43,820 nucleotides of DNA, taken from the NCBI GenBank assembly GCA_903902315.1, contig CAIUUK010000038.1:1-43820 (forward strand). Reading direction: 5' to 3'. The position numbers were made by a program, and so were the translations under genes. Below, piece after piece: positions 34,949 through 42,301 of this stretch (its first letter is position 1; the number at the start of each line of letters is the position of its first letter). A model generated the notes under the pieces. That model did not search any database. It was not told the origin of the DNA and worked only from the letters and a program-made list of their open reading frames with translations. Source of the stretch: an uncultured bacterium (GTDB taxonomy: Bacteria; Patescibacteriota; Minisyncoccia; Phycocordibacterales; PALSA-1337).

Positions 34949-35128
34949 CTAGCCTCTGCTATTATTGGCCCATGATTCCTCGTAAGTATTAGTCAAGCAG
35001 CACTCGCTATGAGTACCACCATTTTCCGTATACACACGATTCACCAGTGCTTCTTTTGATCGGATTTCTCCAATACTAGCCAATACATAGGGGTGTAAGA
35101 CAACTTCTCCTTTCTTGGTTGGTGCCAT
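34949..35128 (-). CDS. Possible 59-aa small ORF (below the ORF-track cutoff)
   Basis: My translation: MAPTKKGEVVLHPYVLASIGEIRSKEALVNRVYTENGGTHSECCLTNTYEESWANNSRG. No clear RBS and no family recognised. Confidence 0.2.
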   Translation of the reverse strand: MAPTKKGEVVLHPYVLASIGEIRSKEALVNRVYTENGGTHSECCLTNTYEESWANNSRG

Positions 35129-35151
35129 GTGCTTTGGCCGGCGGTCGCGCG

Positions 35152-35268
35152 CTATTTGTTGGCGCCGACTGCCGAGCCGACGGCGGCGCGGATGGTGAGA
35201 TTTTGGTGAATCAATTGGCCGATGCCGGAATTCAGGGTCGTGGTGTTATTAAAGGACGGATCTTTCAT
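35152..35268 (-). CDS. Possible 38-aa small ORF (or 65 aa from ATG 35349) in a GC-rich patch
   Basis: ATG at 35268 is preceded by GAAAGG 8 nt upstream and gives MKDPSFNNTTTLNSGIGQLIHQNLTIRAAVGSAVGANK. No family recognised. Confidence 0.2.
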   Translation of the reverse strand: MKDPSFNNTTTLNSGIGQLIHQNLTIRAAVGSAVGANK

Positions 35269-35433
35269 TAGAGGCCTTTCGTTTGTGTTGACTGAATGAC
35301 CAACAATTTCACCACTCCTAAGGAGTGCGCAAAATAGTTCAAAGATCATTCGACAAGTATTATAGCACCCCACCCAATATTTGTCAAGTACTCTGAAATA
35401 TGTCGTTATAATTGGCTATGTTACAATTAAAAC

Positions 35434-36372
35434 ATGTCGCACAATATTTCGAATAACCTCCATGAATGGAAACAGCAATTTCTCGAATATATTGAGATAG
35501 AACGTGGTCGTTCAGTCAAAACCGTTGAGAACTATGATCGTTATCTCACTCGTTTCCTCAATTATTCAAAGGCAAAATCTCCTGCCGACATCACCGAAAA
35601 CACTATTCGTGAGTTTCGTCTGTGGCTTAACCGCCAGTTAGCGAGTGAAAATGGTAAATCAAAGGAAACGTTGAAGAAAAAGACACAGAACTATTACCTC
35701 ATTTCCCTACGTGCATTCCTCAAGTACCTCGCAAAGCGTGGCGTCAAAGCGGTTTCACCAGAATACATTGAATTGGCAAAAGTTGGAGATAGACATTTAG
35801 ATTTGATTACTAAGGAAGAGCTCTCTCGCCTCCTCAAAGCAACTGATGGTGCTGATCTCAAGTCGATGCGTGACAAAGCAATCCTCGAAACCCTCTTCTC
35901 AACAGGTCTACGTGTCTCTGAACTCTGTTCCCTCACCCGCGAGATCGATCTTACAAGTGATGAACTCTCTGTTCGTGGTAAAGGTGAAAAGATTCGTGTT
36001 GTATTTATTTCTGATGAAGCTAGAAAAGCAATTAAAAAATATCTCGACAAACGTCCCGACATGGACGGCGCCCTCTTCGTCAAAATCTCTGGCGAAGAAC
36101 GCAAAATGAAAGATGATGAGATTGGTCTATCTACTCGTCAAATAGAGCGAATCATCAAGTTGTACGCCATTAAAGCGGGCATCTCAAAGAAAGTCACTCC
36201 TCACGTTATCCGCCATATGTTTGCCACTGATCTTCTCGGTAACGGTGCTGATCTTCGTTCAGTTCAGATGCTGTTGGGCCACTCAAATATAAGTACCACG
36301 CAGATTTATACTCACGTCACTGACAGTGAGCTTAAGAGAGTGCATAAACAGTTTCATAATAGGAACAAGTAG
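35434..36372 (+). CDS. Tyrosine site-specific recombinase, XerC/XerD-like
   Basis: 312 aa with an N-terminal SAM-like domain (RGRSVKTVENYDRYLTRFLNY). Catalytic-domain motifs are TGLRVSEL and HVIRHMFATDLLGNGADLRSVQMLLGHSNISTTQIYTHV. Confidence 0.85.
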   Translation: MSHNISNNLHEWKQQFLEYIEIERGRSVKTVENYDRYLTRFLNYSKAKSPADITENTIREFRLWLNRQLASENGKSKETLKKKTQNYYLISLRAFLKYLAKRGVKAVSPEYIELAKVGDRHLDLITKEELSRLLKATDGADLKSMRDKAILETLFSTGLRVSELCSLTREIDLTSDELSVRGKGEKIRVVFISDEARKAIKKYLDKRPDMDGALFVKISGEERKMKDDEIGLSTRQIERIIKLYAIKAGISKKVTPHVIRHMFATDLLGNGADLRSVQMLLGHSNISTTQIYTHVTDSELKRVHKQFHNRNK

Positions 36373-36376
36373 TATC

Positions 36377-36988
36377 CTAATAAATATGGAAGAAACTGGT
36401 TACGATATCTAGAATTATAATTAGTAAGGCTAAAGATGGAAGTATTATTTGAATATATTTTCTAGGCATCCCATCGATTTTTTCATTTACATAACTAACT
36501 ACGAATAGAATACAAGCAAGGAGAGAAGCGATTGGAAGTATTGGATAGGTAAATCCTTTAAGTGAGCTTGCTACAGAGAATCCGTTTAAGGCTGAACCCG
36601 TTGTTATTCCTGAGACTATTCCAACAATAAGGAATATTACCCCAAGACAGGCGCTAATGGATACAATCGTTGCGGCCGTGTCTGTTAATCGATTTATTTT
36701 TGCTTTACCGCGCAGGACCAAAAGAGGAATGAAAGCGATAATGCCATAGTAAATAGGATCTTTTAGTAGATTAGAAAACCAAAGGAGGTCAGATGTTATT
36801 GAATTTGTCGAAAGTACTTTTGAAAGCTCAATTCCTTGGGCTGGGTACAATACTTTAAAAACTACAACAATCGAAATTGCAGAAAATATGAGGCAAAATA
36901 TTCCATACCAAAACGAAATTTTGTATAAGAGTTTTGTTTTATTGATATAAACAAGAAACGCGTTTGCGGCACCATTTGGATTATTCAT
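36377..36988 (-). CDS. Hypothetical polytopic membrane protein
   Basis: 203 aa with about 5 hydrophobic helices. No family recognised. Confidence 0.5.
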   Translation of the reverse strand: MNNPNGAANAFLVYINKTKLLYKISFWYGIFCLIFSAISIVVVFKVLYPAQGIELSKVLSTNSITSDLLWFSNLLKDPIYYGIIAFIPLLVLRGKAKINRLTDTAATIVSISACLGVIFLIVGIVSGITTGSALNGFSVASSLKGFTYPILPIASLLACILFVVSYVNEKIDGMPRKYIQIILPSLALLIIILDIVTSFFHIY

Positions 36989-37060
36989 ATATTTGATATT
37001 AACAGTTCCGGATTTAAATTACTATTTCCCTAATTCCCCACTTCCCTTTATACTTACCCC

Positions 37061-37855
37061 ATGCGCATCATCTCATGGAACGTCAACGGCATCCGTGCCA
37101 ATGTTAAGAAAGGTGGTTTTGATCAGATGATCAACGAATCCCCTGATATTTTCTGTTTTCAGGAGACAAAGGCTCATCCGGAGCAATTGGAAGAAGGAAT
37201 TCGCAATCCAGCGGGCTATTTTTCTTATTTTGATCATTCAAAGGGCCGTAAAGGCTACAGTGGCGTGGCTGTGTATACAAAAGTGAAGCCAGAAAACGTG
37301 GAATATGGCTTGGGCGTATCAGAACTTGATCAAGAGGGCCGTTTTCTTGCCCTTTACTTCCCTCGCAATTCTTTCAAGGACATTTCGAGTAAATTCGTCT
37401 TCATAAACACCTACTTCCCTAACGGCGGAGGCGGTCCGGAGCGTCTAGACTACAAATTGCGCTTTTATGATGCTTTTCTCAAATACATTAATCAAGCCAA
37501 GAAACGCGGTTACGAAGTCATCTTCTGTGGTGACGTAAATACTGCTCATACCGAGATCGATTTGGCTCGTCCAAAAGAGAATGAAAAGAACACCGGCTTC
37601 CTCCCTGTCGAACGTGCCTGGATTGATCAAGTTATTGATGAAGGTTATATCGACGTGTTCCGATATTTGAACCCGAATGCGCATGAAAAGTACTCGTATT
37701 GGGACATGAAAACATTTGCCAGAGAGCGAAATGTGGGTTGGCGTATTGACTACTTTTTTACTACCCCCGGGATGACTAGACTAGTGACAAAGGCTAGAAT
37801 TCTTGATCAAATAATGGGTTCTGACCATTGCCCTATTGATATCGTTGTTGGGTAA
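37061..37855 (+). CDS. xth: Exodeoxyribonuclease III (AP endonuclease)
   Basis: MRIISWNVNGIRA, FCFQETK, GDVNTAHTEIDL and the C-terminal GSDHCPI are classic Xth/ExoIII motifs. Confidence 0.93.
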   Translation: MRIISWNVNGIRANVKKGGFDQMINESPDIFCFQETKAHPEQLEEGIRNPAGYFSYFDHSKGRKGYSGVAVYTKVKPENVEYGLGVSELDQEGRFLALYFPRNSFKDISSKFVFINTYFPNGGGGPERLDYKLRFYDAFLKYINQAKKRGYEVIFCGDVNTAHTEIDLARPKENEKNTGFLPVERAWIDQVIDEGYIDVFRYLNPNAHEKYSYWDMKTFARERNVGWRIDYFFTTPGMTRLVTKARILDQIMGSDHCPIDIVVG

Positions 37856-37901
37856 TTCTGGCTTTATATACAAGCATATTTAATAAAAAATGTATGAAAA
37901 T

Positions 37902-37925
37902 GCCCTCAAAATGAGGGTGTTTTAG
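37902..37925 (+). terminator. Intrinsic terminator after xth
   Basis: CCCTCA (37903-08), loop AAA, TGAGGG (37912-17), followed by TGTTTT. Confidence 0.55.
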
Positions 37926-38358
37926 TGTGTGGTGCCGTGAGGTCTGACCTCTCAGAGGTTGGACCTCTAGATATGACAAAGCGCACAGTGCGCCTCGAGA
38001 AAAGAGAGTGAAGCGATGTGCGCTTTTAAAATGAAGATTGCTTATTTTCGGGTCCACAGACCGGAATGTTTCAGGGTGTTCTAATAGATAGAATTCCTTT
38101 AAACTTTTTGCATTGTCAGGACTGTTCCTCGATACTTTTGTCTGCCGATGATGGCTTGAAAAGGATCGTATTAGGTGGCGGTGTGCACTGCCAATAAATG
38201 TTAGGTGCTTTCCACGGAGGGAAGCTAAATTGTTTTTTAAGACAAGATGCACCACCATTTTTCCTAAGCAACAGAACGATATGCCTATTTTTGCATTCCT
38301 CAAAGATTTTGTAGCCTACCCAGACTACTATGATTTGAAAGAGCGGATCTTGTCCTTG

Positions 38359-38427
38359 TTGAATTCGCAGTACAATTTGCAATCATTTTATAATCTGTTT
38401 TGATTACAATCTGTATTGCGAATTCAA
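38359..38427. repeat. Imperfect 26-bp inverted repeat (22/26) with 17-nt spacer
   Basis: TTGAATTCGCAGTACAATTTGCAATC (38359-38384) matches the reverse complement of GATTACAATCTGTATTGCGAATTCAA (38402-38427). Confidence 0.8.
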
Positions 38428-38504
38428 TTCCTCGGATGACAAAATTTAATCTGGGATAATTATATTCTCGTAAAGGACAAGTGTAAAGGACACACTGGGG
38501 ATAA

Positions 38505-39986
38505 CTATGATACACGATGTTTCTTTTTGATTTCTTCAATTAATTCCGCGTCCTTTTCTTCTTTCTTTTCTTTGCCGGCCTCACCGAGCTTTTTCAGCTC
38601 CGATTCCGTTTCACGTGAAAGCTCGAGAGCCTTATTTTCCAAATATTCCGGAGTATTAAGCTTTGGATCATCTAGGACTTCATTAAATAGGGCATGCAGA
38701 ATAAAACCAATCTTTGCGCTTGGTGGAATGTTACACACTTCCATAACTCTTTTGCCATCGATTTTGAGCATCGCTAGGGAAATAGGGTCTCTGAGAGCCT
38801 CCTCAATCATGGCGTGATATTTGCGTAGGCGATAAGGGTCTTCTTTGGGTCTACCGGTTCCTATACGGTCGCAGATACGTAGATTCATCAACTCCCATAT
38901 GTTTTCACGCCCAACATTAACAATCATGCGCCTGACGGCTGATAGAGTGATTTGCTCCGTATCTGAGAAGAACATGTGCCAACGTATTAGTTTTGTTACT
39001 TTTTCGATTGTTTTCACGGGAAACTTCATTCTGGTGAGGATTTTGCGTGTTTCACGTGAACCAATTACTTCATGGCCGTAAAACGTTATTATACCTGTTT
39101 CACGTGAAAGGCCTTTGGTTTTAGGCTTAGAAATGTCGTGGAATAGGGCAGAAAGACGTATATCCAGGTCCCAGCCTTTGTCTGCAGCATGTTGCAGGCT
39201 ACGCAAAAGGTGCTCCCAAACATCGAAAGCGTGAGCTTGGTTCTGTCCAACACCTATGGCAATTTGAAGTTCAGGTACGATGTATGTTAGAAGCCCTGTT
39301 TCATTAAGGATCTCAATGCCGAGTTTTGGGTTAGGAGACATAAGTATCTTGGAGAATTCGTCACGAACGCGCTCTGCCGAGATATTCTTGATATTGGTGT
39401 GAAGGCTTTGTATGGCCTTGCGGGTATCTTTTTCTATTGTGAAACCAAGTTCTACTGACAAACGGACAGCACGCATCATGCGTAGGGCGTCTTCGTTGAA
39501 ACGATCCTCAGGTTTACCAACTGTCCTTATAGTTTTGTCCTTTATGTCAGCAAAGCCGGCAAACATATCAACTATGTCTTTTATGGCTCCATTGGACAGA
39601 GACAGGGCTATGGCATTGACTGTAAAGTCACGTCTCTGTAGATCGTCCTCGAGTTTGTCGCTGAACTTCACACTATCTGGGTGGCGACGGTCAGTATAGT
39701 CAGATTCTAGGCGGTAAGGGGTAACTTCTACATTGCGGAGCATAGGATCTTCCGTGGTTTCGTTTATGACAGCTACTGTGCCATATATATTCTCATAGAC
39801 TGTTTTGGGGAAAAGGGACTGGATCTGGTCCGGCTTGGCATTTGTCGTTATATCCCAGTCTTTTGGGCTCCTGCCGAGGAAAATGTCACGTGCACAACCA
39901 CCGACTAGGTATGCTTGAAAGCCTCCTTTTTCGAGGGCTTCAATGATTTGTATTATTTCCTGGGGGATTGCGTGTCCTTTTGTCAT
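38505..39986 (-). CDS. cca: CCA-adding tRNA nucleotidyltransferase with HD domain
   Basis: GGCARDIFLGRSPKDWDITT (polymerase-beta nucleotidyltransferase motif), RDFTVNA, and the HD region LFHDISKP...GHEVIG. 493 aa. Confidence 0.85.
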   Translation of the reverse strand: MTKGHAIPQEIIQIIEALEKGGFQAYLVGGCARDIFLGRSPKDWDITTNAKPDQIQSLFPKTVYENIYGTVAVINETTEDPMLRNVEVTPYRLESDYTDRRHPDSVKFSDKLEDDLQRRDFTVNAIALSLSNGAIKDIVDMFAGFADIKDKTIRTVGKPEDRFNEDALRMMRAVRLSVELGFTIEKDTRKAIQSLHTNIKNISAERVRDEFSKILMSPNPKLGIEILNETGLLTYIVPELQIAIGVGQNQAHAFDVWEHLLRSLQHAADKGWDLDIRLSALFHDISKPKTKGLSRETGIITFYGHEVIGSRETRKILTRMKFPVKTIEKVTKLIRWHMFFSDTEQITLSAVRRMIVNVGRENIWELMNLRICDRIGTGRPKEDPYRLRKYHAMIEEALRDPISLAMLKIDGKRVMEVCNIPPSAKIGFILHALFNEVLDDPKLNTPEYLENKALELSRETESELKKLGEAGKEKKEEKDAELIEEIKKKHRVS

Positions 39987-40048
39987 TTTTTTATACTACA
40001 ACAATATCATATTTAAATAAATAGAACTATGTAGTATAGTTATGTAAT

Positions 40049-40723
40049 ATGAAAGCCAGGTTAGAAGATAAGAAACTTGCCATTCAACTGCGGAAAAGTG
40101 GCTTAAGTTATAAAGAAATTCAACAAAAAGTTCACGTTTCAAAGAGCTTGCTTTCTGGCTGGTTTAAATATCTTGAATTAACAGAGAATGAGGAGGAAAT
40201 TTTGAAGTCAAGAATTAAAGGTAGGGTTGATAAAGGGCGAATTAGTTCAACATTATCAAATAGGGCTAGAAGGATCGGTAGGGAGACAGTAGCTTTTGAT
40301 GATGCGAAGAAACTGTTTGATGCGCATAAAGCCCAATCTGAATTTCTAGCTGGTGTCGCGTTATATTGGGCAGAAGGTTCAAAAAGGACGTGTGAGTTTC
40401 AGTTTATTAATTCAGATGCAGATATGATTGTGTTTATGTGTAGATGGGTTACAAAATATATGAATATAAGTAAAGATAAAATGAAATTTCGTTTATTTAT
40501 ACATAAGATTGAAGGGTATGAGCAGTCTCACCAGTTTTGGGCAAAAAAGCTAGGAATAGAGCCGTTAAAATTTGAAAAGACTATCTATAAACCTACACAG
40601 CATGCAATAAAGAAAAACCCGAATTATAATGGTTGTTTGCGTATTTCTATAGGAGGAATCTATCATTTGAGGATCGTAAAAGCTTGGCAAAAGCTTTTAA
40701 TCCAGTATTATGGTATCGTTTAA
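40049..40723 (+). CDS. HTH + LAGLIDADG-like (homing-endonuclease-like) protein, free-standing
   Basis: It has an N-terminal resolvase-type HTH (LRKSGLSYKEIQQKVHVSKSLLSGW). FLAGVALYWAEGSK resembles a LAGLIDADG/LLGLWIGDG motif with Glu as the acidic residue. It is followed by FQFINSDADMIVFMCRWV, typical of the fold. Confidence 0.45.
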   Translation: MKARLEDKKLAIQLRKSGLSYKEIQQKVHVSKSLLSGWFKYLELTENEEEILKSRIKGRVDKGRISSTLSNRARRIGRETVAFDDAKKLFDAHKAQSEFLAGVALYWAEGSKRTCEFQFINSDADMIVFMCRWVTKYMNISKDKMKFRLFIHKIEGYEQSHQFWAKKLGIEPLKFEKTIYKPTQHAIKKNPNYNGCLRISIGGIYHLRIVKAWQKLLIQYYGIV

Positions 40724-40736
40724 CGTGTTAGTAATT

Positions 40737-40808
40737 GCACCCGTGGTGAAATGGATATCATTATTGACTTCGGATCAATCGTTGGGGGTTCGAGTCCCTC
40801 CGGGTGCA
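40737..40808 (+). tRNA. tRNA-Arg (anticodon TCG)
   Basis: Hand-folded cloverleaf, 72 nt, no encoded CCA. Acceptor GCACCCG/CGGGTGC, anticodon stem ATTGA/TCAAT with loop CTTCGGA, T-loop TTCGAGT. Confidence 0.85.
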
Positions 40809-40871
40809 CAAGGTTTTGAGTTTATTTATCAGATAAGGTATACTCATTTCCGTAGTAAATTTTAGAAAAAT

Positions 40872-40942
40872 GCGGGTATAGTTTAATGGTAGGACGCGTC
40901 CTTGCCAAGGACGAGTTGGGAGTTCGATTCTCCCTACCCGCA
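40872..40942 (+). tRNA. tRNA-Gly (anticodon GCC)
   Basis: 71 nt. Acceptor GCGGGTA/TACCCGC, anticodon stem CGTCC/GGACG with loop TTGCCAA, T-arm GGGAG-TTCGATT-CTCCC. Confidence 0.9.
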
Positions 40943-41274
40943 CTGGAAGTTTCGAGTATCATCCAGAAGTATCGGTGTAAATAGTCTGATTAAGGGCAAA
41001 ATAGTAAAAGGAAGTTATCCTCTGTCCGTTTCCTTTTGATTAAATAGAAAATGGCTCAAAACCTAGGGTTTTACGTGAAAACTGTGGATAACTATGGGGA
41101 AGGTGTACATAAAAGACAAGAAAGACGGCTCTAAATCGTTAATTTGGCAAAGTTATCCACGTCTTTGACCAGATATGCCTGTATAGAGCCATATCAAATG
41201 CTCATTCATTTAAAAGTCAGCTAAAATGTGCCATAAAATATTATTCTGACGTTAGTTAATAGATTATAAGATCC

Positions 41275-41694
41275 ATGACAGACACTAGAGAAAAAGGAAA
41301 TGCTGGCGAAGAGATTGCCTGTAAATTTTTGATTAAAAATGGCTTCAAAATTGAGGATAGAAATTATTACAAGAAATGGGGTGAGCTGGACATCATTGCC
41401 ACAAAAGAAAATCAGTTGGGGAATAAGTTAAAGAAAGAGTTGCACTTTTTTGAGGTGAAGAGTGTTGTCAGGAATTTCACGGAAAAGTCCTTTAAAAATC
41501 GATCCGGTTTTCATGATCCAGAAGAAAATGTTCATGACTTCAAAGTGAAGCAATTACGTAAAATTATTCAAACTTATCTGGTTGATAAAGGTTATGGATT
41601 GAATCATATATTTAATTTCCATATTTTGTGCGTATATATGAATGAAAAAACGCGCAAAGCACGAGTAAAATGGGTAAATAATGTTATTTTGTAA
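41275..41694 (+). CDS. yraN: YraN-family (UPF0102) predicted endonuclease
   Basis: GNAGEEIACKFLIKNGFKIEDRNY...GELDIIA...HFFEVKS is the PD-(D/E)xK-like YraN signature. Confidence 0.75.
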   Translation: MTDTREKGNAGEEIACKFLIKNGFKIEDRNYYKKWGELDIIATKENQLGNKLKKELHFFEVKSVVRNFTEKSFKNRSGFHDPEENVHDFKVKQLRKIIQTYLVDKGYGLNHIFNFHILCVYMNEKTRKARVKWVNNVIL

Positions 41695-41761
41695 AGAATA
41701 TGCTAGGATATTCTCACGCAAAGCAAGTGTCGTGCGTATATATTTGATAAGTTGCTGATAA

Positions 41762-41837
41762 CGGAGCGTGGTGTAACGGCTAACATGCCTCTTTTGGGAA
41801 GAGGTGACTCCGGGTTCGAATCCCGGCGCTCCGACCA
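41762..41837 (+). tRNA. tRNA-Pro (anticodon TGG), 3' CCA encoded
   Basis: 73 nt plus CCA. Acceptor CGGAGCG/CGCTCCG, anticodon stem CCTCT/AGAGG with loop TTTGGGA, T-arm CCGGG-TTCGAAT-CCCGG. Confidence 0.9.
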
Positions 41838-42271
41838 TGAATCAAGATCATCCAGGTTTGATAAAAAAGGTAATAGTATTCTTTGATAAGCTCGAAGATA
41901 ATGTTCGTGGCCATTTGAGTCACTATCCTGTGGTCTATACTATCATCGGTGGTACAGCGATCGTGCTTTTTTGGAGAGGTGTTTGGCATACTGCTGACAT
42001 CCTACAAGGACAGGGAGGTGTGATCGGTTTCATATTCTCTCCGGTGGTTAACATGATTATCGTTGCTGTTGTGTTGCTCATGACTGGACTGTTCGTCTCA
42101 TATTTCATCGGTGATACTATACTCATGAGTGGTATAAAAGGTGAAAAGAAAGTTGCTGACAGAACCCAAAAAGATGTCAAAGAGGAAGAGACAAGGATCG
42201 GTGAGCTCCGCACAACTATAAAGGAGATGAAGAAAGAGGTTGATGAGATAAGGGATAATCTGGTAGGATAG
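41837..42271 (+). CDS. Small two-TM membrane protein with charged coiled-coil C-terminus
   Basis: ATG at 41837-41839 gives MNQDHPGLIKK.... The TM segments are VVYTIIGGTAIVLFW and MIIVAVVLLMTGLFVSYFI. The longer 41804 start would lie inside tRNA-Pro. Confidence 0.55.
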   Translation: MNQDHPGLIKKVIVFFDKLEDNVRGHLSHYPVVYTIIGGTAIVLFWRGVWHTADILQGQGGVIGFIFSPVVNMIIVAVVLLMTGLFVSYFIGDTILMSGIKGEKKVADRTQKDVKEEETRIGELRTTIKEMKKEVDEIRDNLVG

Positions 42272-42301
42272 CAGAGCACTGTAAATGCTTCGCAATTACA
42301 T

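Noticed and set aside
35434-36372. Calling the tyrosine recombinase a phage or ICE integrase that defines a mobile element
   Set aside because: Its length (312 aa), SAM-like N-terminal domain and catalytic motifs fit housekeeping XerC/XerD equally well. I saw no att-like direct repeats, phage genes or adjacent excisionase. It is only noted as context for the neighbouring island.
37856-38504. RNase P RNA or tmRNA in the xth-cca gap
   Set aside because: I found isolated resemblances: minus-strand GAGGAACAGUCCUGAC versus the CR-I GAGGAAAGUCC, minus-strand GGGUAGGCU, and plus-strand ACAGAAC. They are on different strands or in the wrong order and spacing to form P4. No T-arm-like GGTTCGA / tRNA-like domain or GGGG...CCACCA closing stem exists for a tmRNA. 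The region is left as unassigned rather than called.
38495-38509. 15-mer CTGGGGATAACTATG matching CTGTGGATAACTATG (41082-41096) at 14/15 positions, as a possible shared regulatory motif
   Set aside because: A rough expectation for 14/15 matches among all position pairs in a 43.8-kb window (both orientations) is tens of chance hits. The first copy also overlaps the cca stop codon. It is not significant on its own.
40761-40943. 60-aa minus-strand ORF from the ORF track
   Set aside because: It lies entirely antisense to tRNA-Arg and tRNA-Gly. Its translation (…GRIELPTRPWQGRVLPLNY…, …RRDSNPQ…) is the classic artefact of reading a tRNA gene backwards.
41554-41989. Minus-strand ORFs 41554-41838 and 41780-41989
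   Set aside because: They overlap yraN, tRNA-Pro and the membrane-protein gene. GAPGFEPG and SAGIRTRS are tRNA-antisense translation artefacts.
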